Assembly: GCA_000165425.1 (NCBI GenBank)
Contig: CT868038.1
Span: forward strand, 1 to 64,000
DNA: 64,000 nucleotides
DNA from: Paramecium tetraurelia
Taxonomy: Eukaryota
Direction of reading: 5' to 3'
The position numbers and the translations under genes are program-made. The notes beneath the pieces are model-generated. The model did no database searches and was not told the origin of the DNA. It saw only the letters and a list, made by a program, of their open reading frames with translations. Shown piece after piece: positions 1 through 12,942 of the stretch (its first letter is position 1; each line of letters starts with the position of its first letter).

Positions 1-555
1 GCTAGCCGTTCACGGAAGTTGATCTCGCTTTAAAGAATTTTAGGCATTTCTTTCTTCCGAATGAGGTGTCTAATCCTTTCAATATGCTAAGATGTTAATA
101 AATTAGGAAACTTTAAATCATCCTTTATTAACCCAACTGCATTGTCTGAGTCTAAATACTGCTTGAAAATCTCATTCATGTCATTGAGGGTGAACAACAC
201 ATGAAGAAGCCATTTCTTATCAGGTAATCTATCACTAATGAAGCCTAGAGAGAGTTATTTTTCATGGGCTATTTTTATAGGTCTTCAAAAAGCTTTAATT
301 TACTCACTTTCTTAAATAGTTGACCAATTTTCATTTCATTATTTCTAAGTCTCAAACATTTACCGAGGGCCACGTTCAACAGATATTAAGAGGTGATAAC
401 TGATGATGTTAGATCAGGCAAGTAATAACTTTACAACACAAGAGCTGTATGCAAGGATTCCACAGAACCAACTGCTTAGTTTGCCTCTTAAAACGATACA
501 GATGCCTAAATAGATCGATATAAAAGTCTTGTAAAATTGCTTTAAATCCTTTGAT
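1..555 (-). CDS. Partial hypothetical ORF running off the window, possibly an accessory ORF of the adjacent transposon
   Basis: About 185 codons open in the ciliate code (...NQAVGSVESLHTALVLQSYYLPDL...VIDYLIRKWLLHVLFTLNDMNEIFKQYLDSD...RERLA). No clear start codon and no recognised domain. Confidence 0.3.
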
Positions 556-674
556 TTCAAAGGAATGAGCAACTTCGTTTTTCATACCATTTTAAAGTAT
601 TTTTGAGTTTATTTTCTTTTTTTTGAATTCAAGAATAAAAAATTTATCATAGGAAAATAGCCTTAAAATGCAAT

Positions 675-700
675 TCACATAATGATTTGTCATTATGTGA
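675..700. repeat. Perfect 11-bp inverted repeat with 4-nt spacer
   Basis: TCACATAATGA-tttg-TCATTATGTGA read directly. Flanked by poly-T + AATTCAAGAA direct repeats near 626 and 730. Confidence 0.9.
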
Positions 701-830
701 TGCCTTTCTTAACATTATTTTTTTTTTTTAATTCAAGAAGAATTTCTTCAATTCAATTGTTATTTGAAATGAAAACTCATTCTATGTAGTTTTTCTAGAC
801 ATAAATAACATAAATGCAATAAATTAAAAC

Positions 831-2002
831 ATGTAAAAACAAAAGAATAAAATTATCCTTAAAAAAAAAACCATAACAGAAGAAAGTAATGGTTTAAGCC
901 CTAAATGTCAGGTATGAAAAATGTAGTATTGGTTGTCAAATTTATCAAATTTTTGGCTAATATTAAAGCAGAATTCTTTACTAAGAGCCTTAATCCTTGC
1001 CTCAACACAATACTTCGGAATGCTAAAAGCAACTAGCTAAATTTCTTGAATATAAAGAAACAAATAAAGAATTAAGAAATTTTGGAAGATCAAAAACCTC
1101 ATCTTTAAGATAGAGTTGTGATTTTTTACGGTTCAAAGACTGCGAGACAGCATGAAAAAGTTACAGTAGTATAATTATTCAACTAATGCCATTGCAGCAT
1201 CCCTAAGCATTACCCCTTAGTAAGTATACTAATTGAACTAAAATTCAAAGTTTGAATAGCAAAAGGAAGATTATTTTAACTTAAGACGATCCCATATTAC
1301 ATGGATAAAACAATTTATAATCACTCATGAAAGTTTTCAACTGTATGAGAGCAAACAAATATATTAATAATTTTTATCAGAATTCAAATTAAATTAAAGG
1401 GCACTAAGCCAGAGCTATTTTATTTAAATAATGAAAAAGCATTGCAAAGCCACTTATAAAATTCCCTTATTAAAAGATGTTAGGGGAACTAATAATTAAG
1501 ATATTAAATACAATTATGCACTTCAATACCTAAATTGCAGCATTAATAACGTTAATTTTGTTTTTTAGATGAAACAATATTTAGTTATCATCACAAATAA
1601 TAAAAATGTTGGAAATTTAGGGGTGACATAAAAAATATTAAATATATCAGAAGAAGAGACACATGCTTTGTGTTCTAGGAGCCATTGGAATGAATGATTT
1701 TTTTTTTTAGCATATTAACTGATTAAGGGACTTGTAAATTCTGAAGTTTATCAATAACATTTATGTTCTCTTAATAACAATTTCTTTTAATTTTGGACAA
1801 TTCACCTATTCATAAAAGCAAAAAAGTTAGGAAGCTTTTGATTGTAGTTAGGAACAATTTTTTGCCACCATATTCTCCTCAATTGAATCCAATTGAAAAA
1901 TTATGGCATCTACTCAAATAGCACATTTATAAAAATATCACAACTTGCTCATCAGAAATGATAAATTAATTCATTAGTTTTTTGGAAAATTTAAGGATAT
2001 GA
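831..2002 (+). mobile_element. Degenerate IS630/Tc1/mariner (ITm) DDE transposase, DD32E type
   Basis: HTH-like NAIAASLSITPQQVYQL (~1185). First Asp in NVNFVF/LDET (GAT at 1568, 1-nt shift in a T run). Then LCVLGAIG and LDNSPIHKSKKVRKLLIVVRNNFLPPYSPQLNPIEKLWHLLK (1793-1920), TGA at 2000-2002. Several frameshifts and stops. TIRs not identified. Confidence 0.9.
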
Positions 2003-2479
2003 AATGGATAAACTGATTATGTCAATGATCCCTAGTCTTAGGCTGGCATTTCTTAAGTAAGAAACATGATTGTATGATTTAATTGTTATTTAACATTAAA
2101 ATTTTAATTCTTTTTAATGAAATGAAAAATAGAGAAAGCACTGATGGAAGAATCATTTTTTTTTTTAGACCAATAATAATATCTAATTTAATTATCATGA
2201 TGAATCTAATGTGTTAGCTTAATTTTAAGGTAAAGAACACTCTTGAGCTTTAATCTAATCGGACTTTTTTTTAAATAGATTGCTTAATAACAAGCGATTT
2301 ATGAATCCTTGAATTTTACAAAGGATGTATAAAGTAATTTTAATTTAAAAAATTTGAGAGGGAGCTAGAAAAACGAAGGAATTTCAACCTTTGTTCTCAA
2401 TAGATTCATCATTATTTGTTGTTTAGATCAATTGCAATTTACAAACATTAAAGAGCCTATTTATATTAATTAATTTTGA

Positions 2480-2875
2480 GTAATGATTTGTCTATTGAAA
2501 TTTTACATATATTTATAATTTATTGCCTCTTCATCATCATTTGAAGCATCTTAATATTTTTCCAATTTATATAGAGCAAATCCTTCCATTATTTAGAATA
2601 AAAACCTTTGTTATAATAGCCTTTCTCATCTCTATTACCATTTTTATTATTTAAAGGGCTTTGTGAATTTGCCTTTGTTAATTATATTTGTATAGTAATT
2701 TTAGGCTACTTAGTTTGTTGTAAGCACTTTCATATTTTTGGTTGATCTCTAGGGCTAAGTCAAAGGAAACTACAGCTTCATCAAATTTAATTTGATGCTT
2801 TAATGGAAGGCCTTTGAAATTTATAGGTAGTCCAAAAATATCTTTTAAATTATAGAAAATGTATAACCCATCCAT
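2480..2875 (-). pseudogene. Degenerate TPR-repeat gene fragment
   Basis: FDEAVVSFDLALEINQKYESAYNK and ...YNKGF...GFALYKLEKYQDA are TPR-like. Reading frames are discontinuous. Confidence 0.55.
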
Positions 2876-3099
2876 AATGATTCGTTTAAGGGGAGTTTTA
2901 AATATCCCTCTTTACCTAAAATTACTTCCTTACGAAAATCCTCCAATTATTCCTCTAAAATTAATTAACCTTTCTCAAAATAACTTTGGCTCTAATCATA
3001 TATTATTAATTATCAGTTAAAGCATTGATTCATATTTAAAATTTTCAAGAGCAGACACAGACAGAGACAGATATCCCAAAAAGTTTGATAATGATTGAT

Positions 3100-6000
3100 T
3101 TAAGCAAGGCATAGATAGGTGTAAATCTATTTGATAGAATTGACAATACGCTGTACGTATAGTGAAGAAGTAGAACTTGAAGTTCAAATCTCAGAATTTA
3201 ACATGGTATAATTAAAAATATTCACAATTATTAAAACCACCAACCATTTATAACTTAAGTATGAAGATGGAGAGGGTTGGGTATTAGAAAAGTTCAATAA
3301 CAAATTGAAATTTTAAATGTCATTATTATTGTAATATTCTGCAAAATAATCAATACAGTACTCGTTAGAATGATTTTGAATGTATAACAGTTGGAATAAG
3401 CAGTTATTATTTTATGCTATTAACTAACCAAAGTAGCTCTGATTAACAAGTAAGTCTATTTTGTTTTGGTGAGAATTAAAAAATGGCTTATATTTTTGCA
3501 AATGTCCCTCAAATTATGGTATGTCGTCGACAGTACAACATTTACATGGGGGATCAATAATTGATAAATAGTCGAATCGAGCTAAATCGTCAGCATATAA
3601 TATATTAGAGATAGAAAATTATCAAATAATGAATTGGAAAAAGGAAGAACTATAAAACCATAAGGGGGTTCGAAAACTCTGTTGTATCTGTGTAAGCGGT
3701 TTCGATCATATTTGTACTGTCTCTTTATCTATTTACGCAGGGTGTCTCGATATGGCTCTCCAAAATCCAATAATGAATTTTGTGGTTGTGGTTAAGATCA
3801 ACTTATGTTAATGCTATATTTTATGTATGATAGAGACTATATTTGAGGAAAAGAGAAATAAATAGTACACATAGAATATGTGGAGCAGTAATCGTCCCGT
3901 CGACTCAAAGAAGAAGGTGGCTCTCAAATTAAACAAGATCCATCAAAATGGATCAATAATTATCTTATAAAATGTATCATTAACAGATGGATCTCCTGTT
4001 TATCAAGCCATTATCAAAATTAAAATAGTAACTTTTATTATCCTTACTAGAAATATTTCCTTAGCTGAGGAGAACCATTATAGAATACTGATTTGTTTCA
4101 AGGTTCGCAATAATTTTTCAATAAATTTTGATCATCTGCTGTACTTAATTTTTTCAACTCTAAGTTATAATAATAAGTTTGAAACTATGCAAGATTGGCA
4201 GTGTCTACATTATAAGATTAAAATGATTAGAAGTATTAATTTACCTTGTTATCTTATTGGATTGTGTTATTCTCTGCATATTTGTATAGTTTTAAGGAAA
4301 TCAGAAAGGTCTATAAAAAGTAGCACACAATTAGAGTTGAGGTAGCGAGTTATAAAGGTCTAACACAAAAGAATGAAACAAATTTGCTGTCAGAATATCG
4401 TTTACCTTATTGTTAAATCAAGTATTTCAATTGCAATGAAGTAGTATAATTTCAAGGTTGTTATAAATCAGCCTTAAAGCAAAATTTGAATCCACTACTT
4501 GTACAAAGTGTGTGTTATATATTCTTCTGAATTTTATAATAGAAGGGGAAGATTGTCAGCTTTAAAAGTGTTCGAATTATATTTAACTTTGAACAAAAGT
4601 TTGATATTGACAAGGCTCAGCTTGACACATGAGTTACATACAAAAGGATGTAATTGTCTATTTATAATGAGTGAGCTTATAGGACCATTAAATATTAGCC
4701 ATCTTAAAAATCACTACTTTTAGCAGCTGTATTAAAAAGATGGATAGTGTAATACACAGAAATGTTGTAAAATTATGCTTAGACACAAGTGGTAGTTTCT
4801 AGTTTCCTCAACATATTTGGTGTAGGACAGAAGAAGTAGGTGACGAAGATGCTTTGAAGACTATCATGAGTAACACAATTATTTTAGCAGGTTTGTAAAT
4901 CTCCCCAAAATGTTTTTAAAAATGCTGATGCATTGCAATTAGCATTATTAAGTATTTCTAGGAGTTGATAAAGTCATAGAATCAATTAATACAAACTGGA
5001 TGCCAATTAGTGTAAACTGAAGTCAAGGTATCCAATAATGTTTGATATAATAGCATAACCTAACGCTGAAGGTTCATAATCTCCAAGATTAGGAAGGCAT
5101 TAAGTATACAACAATTATAATTTAAGCTCACGAAGATATGAAATATTCTAAAATACTACCTTAGTGATATAATAGTTCTCAATTACTTTATACAAGTTTG
5201 AAATTACACTTGAGAAAGCTGCAGGTTCAAATGTAATATATGGCTGAACGAGTAATAAAACCATTAGATGTAATGATGATGACGTAAAACACTGATATAG
5301 TCATAGGGTAAAACATGAAATTTAACCTCCTGACTTTAGGGGTATGTAATAAAATAATCAAAAGCAATACACATAAGATGACTAATGCACAAGCAAACAC
5401 TCTTTAGTTAGAAATATGCTTGACTGACTGGTTCATCTCTTCAGTTAGACATCATGAACAATTTCATGCGAAAAATATTGTCTTGTAACACATCCTTAAA
5501 ACACTTCTCATACTCTTTCATTTATTAGAGGAAGATGAAAAGAATGACTAAATTTGAATAATAAGTTCTAGTTGAAGGATGCAGTTGGTGAATCATATAT
5601 AATTTACACCGTATGTAGTACAAGTAGATCTCCTGAATTAATCAAAACATACAAGGCTGATTTAATCATTTGTTGCTTCTACTTATTGGTTAGGCAGTTT
5701 TTAAATTTAGATCCAATGATAAGGTTGTTATCAATTGGGTTGAATATGGTTAATATCAATTTCAACACAATATATGACCCAATCACTACAATCAAAATAA
5801 AATAGCTGCGCCAATAACATTGAATAATGGTTTTTTCACATTATTTTCAAACAGAAGGAGCAATAGAAATTATGTAGGTAGATATTTCATACTTGAATCA
5901 ATTTTGCACAATTACTATTACCTTTAAGAGTGGATTTATTATACAGTGAGTAACCACAATAGTCATTACGTATATTTTTGGTAGTAAGACAATTGCCCAG

Positions 6001-7400
6001 ACATAAATGCAAGGTTAGCTATATCTATGACCAAAGCACAAATTAATTTCTGTGTAAAGGATGCATTTATAAAAAATATAGTTTAGAATCAACAAATTAA
6101 GCATTCTTTGAAAACTAGCTTTAGGACGCTGTTTATTATTATAAAAAGTAGAGCAACTATTTCAAAATGTTCAGCTACTTGCTATCAGTTACAAACGCGC
6201 ATGCTCAATATGCAGTATTTGAAATTTAGACAGAAACAGCATCACAATCATAAACTCAAAAATTTAGAATCAACAGCTGTGCTGCTTCAAGATATTCCAA
6301 AGTTTAGCACATTGCGTTTGCCGACTTAACTTTTTAGGAGTAAAGGATTCTCTACATTTAAAGTATCTGTTATATATCTCTATTTTATAAACAAAGGGAG
6401 CCCAACCTTTATGTAGTTGTGACTGCTCTTAATTTAGTAAACCAATCAATTTTGTATTGAATTGGTTAGTAATAGTTGAGGAATAAAAAACAATTTAGGA
6501 AAAAAAGGAAGCTATTTATCATAATCAATGTGTATGTCACATTGATTATGGATTTACATATCATGGACATGAAGAATATTAGAAATGGCTCAATCAAGTA
6601 CTTAATATTATTAGTTGTATCAAAACATTTTAGAGATAGTTTGAAAATCAAATTCTTAAGCAAATGAGATCCATATAAATAATTTAGTGAATAGTAAGAC
6701 ATTGTCTTTTTCAGCATAGAAGATCATTTATAGTTTATATCGTGTGCTGAGGAAGAAACTCTCAATTTATCGCCGCATATACTAATGATGAGGATTCTAA
6801 GCAAAGTTAAAAATAGAATTTATTTTTGAAGCTTACCTCTAGAGAGCAGGTATCGTAAATTCATCTTGAATTTTAGGTCACCTAGATATTTTAAACGAAT
6901 TTTCATCCATCAGTACTTACACATAGAGTTCTTAAAGTGGTTAAGCTTGAATCTAATAATTAACATGAGCTGACAGGTTAAGTTTATACAATAATTAAAT
7001 TGAAGATTCACTCTCTACAGAAAAAAAAACACACCTTGAAAAAAACATTAGTTACAATTAAAAATTAAATTCAGAGATTCTGCACCAATTTATGTTGCAC
7101 ACTTATCAGAAGTATGCATTGGAGGTATTTGAGCAACTTTAGAATCTTTATAAAGAGTAACACAACCCAAGATCTACATCCCTCTGTTTAAGCTTAAGGA
7201 AATTAAAATCATACTCAACTTATATCACACACACAATATTTATGGGATGCAAATTATCTTTTTGAGTTTTACAAAGTCTATTTTAAACCTTCGAGCTCAT
7301 GATAGATACCTGTGGCTTCAGCTCACTCAGCTGAGCATTTATGTATTAAATATCTTTGGATATACTGCATACTCACATTAATATAAAATGAAGAATAGGA
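3100..7400 (+). pseudogene. Large degenerate coding remnant(s), 3' part beta-propeller/WD40-like
   Basis: Coding-like stretches broken by TGA and frameshifts, e.g. VC*GRNSQFIAAYTND (6742-6790), SAPIYVAHLSEVCIGG and LWDAN (~7240). Identity uncertain. Confidence 0.3.
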
Positions 7401-7938
7401 GCTTCGGAGTTTTATCAAGAATATTTAACATCAGTAGCCCATACATTTAATAGAATCCATTTCAGGATATCATAATTTTTGTGATTAGTTAAAAGGTTCT
7501 TGAAGTGAATAATTGTATTTTTATTAGATTGCCTCCTTTTCTAAAGTAAGATTATGTCTTTTCAAAAAAAATTCTGAATTAATCAGCACTAAATCCTATT
7601 TGAAATAACCTCTTTATTGATATTATTTCATATATATTTGAAATTGTAAATACCTAGGCTTACAAATTATTGTTTTCTCTAGTTTGAGATAAGAGGATGA
7701 GAACTAAAATTTATATATTTTTTTTTGAATTATTTTTTTTTAATTCCAAAATACCATAAATTGTGACTTTTAATTCTATTCAAATTATATTTTTAATAAT
7801 CAAACTAAAACTACATATTATTTTATCAAAATCAATTTACTCCTAAAACTATTATTTAGGTTATGACTTATAATTGAGTTTTTAAGGGATCATTGGTTAT
7901 AATTTGACGATTTTCTTTGCACTATATATAAATAATTA

Positions 7939-9325
7939 ATGGAGTAATTTATTGAACAATTTACCAGAGAGTAAATATTGCCTTCATTAGCTGATTTTAT
8001 TCGCATTCCAAATTTAAGTCCTCAATTCGACCCTTAATGGTTAGAAAATGGCCTTCTTGATAAAGCTTGTAATCACATTGTAACTTGGATTGAAGTATTA
8101 TTTTTTAGATATCTAGTCGTAAAGCATCCCGAATTGTAAAGTAGAAGTATTGTCAATAAAAGGGGCGCCTAAAGCGATACATGTTAGAATTTGTGCTTAA
8201 AATCCTATAACTGTGTTTTATTACGGTCACTATGACAAGCAACCTCATTTCCCAGGATGGAGGGAGGGTTTTGGCCCTACAACACCTGTAATAGAAGGGC
8301 ATAGAATGTATGGAAGGGGAGTTGCAGATGATGGTTATGCTCCCTATGCAGCTATTGCAGCATTATAAACTTTGATATCATAAAAACTGGAACATCCAAC
8401 CATAGAGATGTTGTTTGAAGGTGAGGAAGAAAGTGGAAGCAATTTTCTTATGCAATATTTTGATAAACTAGAATTAAAAAGAGTTGATATAATGGTAGCA
8501 TTAGATTCAGGTAGTGGAGATTATGAGAGATTATGGTTGACGAGTTCCCTTAGAGGTTCAATGAAAATTGATTTATGTGTGAAAGTATTAGAAGCTCCTA
8601 TTAGTTCAGATGAAAGTGGAATAGTTCCATAAGCTTTGAACATTATGAGAACTTTATTAAACAGATTGGAGGATCCAGTCACTGGTTAAGTTCATAAATC
8701 GCTACAAACAATCATTCCAGCTGATCGCTATGAAGAATGTTTACTATCGGCTGATCTAGTGTAAATTGAGTTTTCTAGATAGTGTGATAAAATGGAATCC
8801 TGCAAAATATAATAATATATTAATCGAAATTGGAAACCCTCTGTGTCTTATATAGGGTAGGATGGACTTCCTTCAGTTCGATAAATCAATGATTAAATAA
8901 TTCCAGAGCTTATTATAAGATTGTCAATTAGATTACCACCTAATAAATGTGCCAAAGAAGCTGCCATTTTTGTGAAGTAGTTACTTGAAAAGGATCCACC
9001 ATTTAATGCAGATGTTAAAGCCAATATCATCTCTGCAGGAACAGGGCTAAATATTAATTCTTTTAGCCCAAAATTAAAAGATATCCTAAATACAGCCTCA
9101 AAACTCTTTTTTAATGATAAAGAATCTAGGGTTTTTCATGAAGGGGCATCCATTCCATTTTTAAATTAATTAAACGAAAGATCTCCTTAGGCCGAATTCC
9201 TTGTTTTAGGAGTGCTTGGGCCTGATTCAAATGCTCATGGGGCAAATGAAATGTTAGATTTGAACTATATGAAAGGATTAATAGGCTGTTTGGCCTATAC
9301 AATGAATTAATTTATTAAATAATGA
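7939..9325 (+). CDS. M20-family metallopeptidase (DapE/CNDP-like dipeptidase)
   Basis: FIRIPNLSPQFD, YGHYDKQP, MYGRGVADDGY, FEGEEESGS, LDSGSGDYERLWLTSSLRG, GVLGPDSNAHGANE. One 22-nt intron at 8095-8116. Confidence 0.93.
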
Positions 9326-9349
9326 ATGAAAATGGTAGAAATAATTTGC

Positions 9350-9830
9350 ATCTTTAACCTCACAATATTTTATTACTAAACTATATATAGAGATTGTTTC
9401 GCAGACTTGTCTAGGCGATTTAATGTTACCATCCTAAATTATTTATTTCATCTCATAACCTTAATACTAATAAATTGTTGCTTTCTTATAGCATAATTTC
9501 TATTAAGAGAATGATATAGATCAGCATTAAGTGTATCTTTAATCCTAATAGAGGATTTAAATAAGTTAATTTTTGTTAATCTATCTCTCTCAAATTTAAT
9601 TTTGTATCCTTGAGTATGTTTCAAACTATCAAAGAATAATTCATTCTTTTTATATATAATTTGTTTTATAAGTTGTTTGAAATACTTTCTTTTTAGTGAT
9701 TGCTTAAGTTAACAGAATAATTATGCAAGTTACTTAAAGAAGATTAGACTCCAACAGATTAAGGCAAAGAAGATTCAAAATAAATATTGATCTGCTAAAG
9801 TCGAAGTGTATTTTAAATGAAGGAATTCAT
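9350..9830 (-). CDS. Hypothetical protein
   Basis: ATG at 9830 opens about 120 codons (MNSFIQNTLRLQQINIYFES...) followed by a plausible short intron. 3' end uncertain. Confidence 0.3.
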
Positions 9831-10163
9831 TTTCAATTCTAGCATTATAATCCAAATTTTTTGTTCATTTTTTCGATCAAATAATCATTAAAATAATATT
9901 TATTTCTATTTTTTTATTAATTATAAATTATTTATGTGTGATAGAAGAAACTATTAACCAATTTGTTTTGAGAACAAAGAAATCATTTTTTTTTCTATTG
10001 GTCTCAAAGCTTTAACCATATTTTTAACAAATCTTAATCATTATGCTATTTTTTTAGAACAATATAAAACCTAAAGTTAATGGAATTGATATATTTCATC
10101 GTTATATTTTATTTTTTATCCCTAGATGTATTTATGAAAATTAGAAATATTTCCATCAATACA

Positions 10164-10237
10164 GGTTTCGTAGCTCAGTTGGTTAGAGCGTCAGTCTAAT
10201 AAGCTGACGGTCGAGGGTTCGATCCCCTCCGAAACCA
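10164..10237 (+). tRNA. tRNA-Ile (anticodon AAT)
   Basis: Acceptor stem GGTTTCG/CGAAACC, D arm TAGCTCAGTTGGTTAGAGC, anticodon arm TCAGT-ct-AAT-aa-GCTGA, T arm GGTTCGATCC, followed by a T run. Confidence 0.97.
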
Positions 10238-10269
10238 TTTTTACATATTTTTTATATTTATTATAAATC

Positions 10270-11350
10270 ATTTATTAATATTTATGGTTTTTTAACCTTA
10301 TTTGTTTACGATGGAGTCCTTTTCATTATGTTTTTAGTTACAATATCACCATATACCTCTTTACAATTCAAGAACTTATTCAGGAATTCATTGTTTAATG
10401 TCCAAATTGGATATAATTATTACTTTAACTTTTTCTAAATTATATATTAGTTTACTTAATTTTTTAAGTAGTTTGCAAGAATTAATTTATCGATTGACTA
10501 TGAATGAATTTCGACTTTCTATAATATTAGAAGCATTTTGATGATCATCGTTCAAAATTCTAGTGGATTTCTAAGATTTTCTTTTGGTGGTTTGATATTA
10601 TTAGTTTTGGAAGGTATCTAAATTATCAAATGATCTTATAAATTACATTTTCTAGATACAGCTCTCTTTTAGTTGAATTCTTCTACTAAAGCTATCTTGT
10701 ATTTAGATGAATCCTTTTGATTGAACTATTGGATTACACAAAATTTTGGTATGGTGTCAATTATTTATGGTATAATATGATTCTAAAAGTATTCTGAGTC
10801 AAATAGTAGTCTTTCTTCACTTATAAAAGATGATTGATGTTGTAATTCATTTTCACCAATTAACTATCATTAAGTATATATGAACAGCTCCTTTATCTAA
10901 TTTTCTTAATTCAACTATACAATCTATAACAAAATAGATTTGTTTTGCCATTTACTCTTGAAGATGAACTATATCTAAAAATTAATATGTTTAGGTGACG
11001 GAATTCGTATAAAACTTTCTTACTTTGAATAAGGTAGATTTTTGAAATTAGGAAAATTACATATTAATGAGATCTCCTTGGTAACTCGACAAACTTCTGA
11101 AGTCAAAAAATTAACTCTGAAATCATGTCTGGATTTTGTAGCCGCCTTATATGGTGTTTTAGAAATAACATTCCAATCTGACCTAACATTACTTATGTTT
11201 ACATTTCAGAATAATATTCACTCCCTAAAATGAGAAGATTTGATCCAAATGTTAGAGAAGATGCATTTCTTGGTTACCCATATTCAAAATGGCATCGCGA
11301 GTCAAAATTATAATAACATTGTTCTTATTAAATTCGTTCTTTTGAAAGAT
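10270..11350 (-). CDS. Hypothetical protein(s), structure unresolved
   Basis: Long open stretches on the minus strand with plausible short introns. No recognised domain. Confidence 0.25.
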
Positions 11351-11399
11351 CAATTAATTTTTTTTTAACTATTTGAATCTAATTAACTTAATTTTATAT

Positions 11400-12513
11400 A
11401 ATTACTACTTAACACCATTCTTTTAAGAAATTACTATCACTCATAAGATAGAATTCATGGCCTCTCAAGAGTAAACCGTGTTTCTCATTTTCTTGTTCAA
11501 TTCTAATTGTAGGATCCTTCAAAAGCAGCTATATGCATTCCTGAATGGTTGATTGGTTCCTGCTTAATGATACTTTATTGGCCCAATAATTTGTTATAAT
11601 GAATATCTGTTATATATGATATTCATAATTTATAATTGGATTTTTCTATTGGATATTTTTAATGAAAAATTTGATTAATTATTGTATACGAAAACTAAAT
11701 TCTAGTGATGATGGAAAAATGATTTCTGTTCTCTATTGAATCTAATTTATCTTATAAAGAATTGTTAGTTGCCATCGAATTTAGCTATCTCTTATTGTTC
11801 TCCTTCTAAAAACTGAAATTATTAAATAGGTACATGCATTAATTAATATTAATATTTGCTCTCAATTTTTTGGCATCAAACTTCCGTCTTTGTTTTTATA
11901 ATTTACAAAAAGATTAAAATAGTTAGTATCAATTTCAATTTATAATAATGACTACCCAGATTGTATTCATAATACCTTCTCTTCAACCTTAGGTATCTTG
12001 AAAACCTGTTTATCATGTGTTAATTGCTTTGTCCTTTCCTAAAGCTCTAGAATTTCAGGATCTTATTTCCAATCTTCTTTATTTGTAAAATAACAATTAT
12101 CTTAAAATTTTATATGGATGGTTTAATCAATAATTAAATCTAGAAAAAACTGATTGTCTTTGAAAAGGAATGTAATTCAAAGTATCTTGATAATATTCTA
12201 AAGGAAAAATCTATTCCTTTCTTTCCAGTCTTGGAACGGCAACAACATTGTTGTAACGATCTTGGAAATATTTTCGGTCTTATAAGTAATCCCTGTATCG
12301 TTTTTCTATAGGCATATATTCTATTTTGGATTCAGGTACATGCTCGTTATATCTTTCGTATGGCATTCGCTCAATCAATGATATGCCTGAAATCAAATTC
12401 AAATATCAATATTTACCTATTAAAGGAGTTGATTTCCACCTTGAGGAATCAGTTGAAGGAGCAGTATAAGGTGATCTTAAATAAGAAGAAAACTTGGAAG
12501 TTGAGTAGCTCAT
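11400..12513 (-). CDS. Protein with an epiplasmin-like motif near the N-terminus
   Basis: MSYSTSKFSSYLRSPY..., a 30-nt intron, then MPYERYNEHVPESKIEYMPIEKRYRDY, resembling the PYER/EY.P.E motifs of Paramecium epiplasmins. Downstream exon structure uncertain. Confidence 0.45.
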
Positions 12514-12942
12514 ATTTTAGAAATTAATAACTGAATTTGAATGAATAAATTCTAGTTATATTTTAATATTGTATATGTATTGCTAATTCAATTGTGAAGG
12601 TTCAAAATAATAAAAACTGTTGTTCCCATAGATGCAGACTACCCCCCAAAGCTCATAGAAACCTCTAAATTCAGCATGATATTATCGAATCACTTTACCT
12701 GTGTGTTTCATTGCAAATAGGAAGATTGGCACTTTATTTGTAATTGCAAAATTTTTAATATCCAAAGGTACCAACATTAAATTTAATTGGTCAGTTCTTG
12801 TGGCAGATGAATTATACATTCCCTCACATTATGGATTTGATTATGAAATACAGTAAGAACATGATTAATAAACATCAGATGAATCATCAAAAATAATACC
12901 TTCCCTTTCTGGAGATAGATATATGGCTATTAGCTCTTCCAT
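12514..12942 (-). CDS. Hypothetical ORF, either an in-frame 5' extension of the 12513 gene or a separate spliced gene
   Basis: ATG at 12942 (MEELIAIYLSPEREGIIFDDSSDVYQSCSYC...) is open and in frame down to ATG 12513. A possible 34-nt intron near 12665-12698 would instead end it at about 12590. Confidence 0.35.

Noticed and set aside
3100..7400. TGA read as Trp or Sec to rescue the long degenerate region
   Set aside because: Frameshifts accompany the stops, so decay explains it better than recoding.
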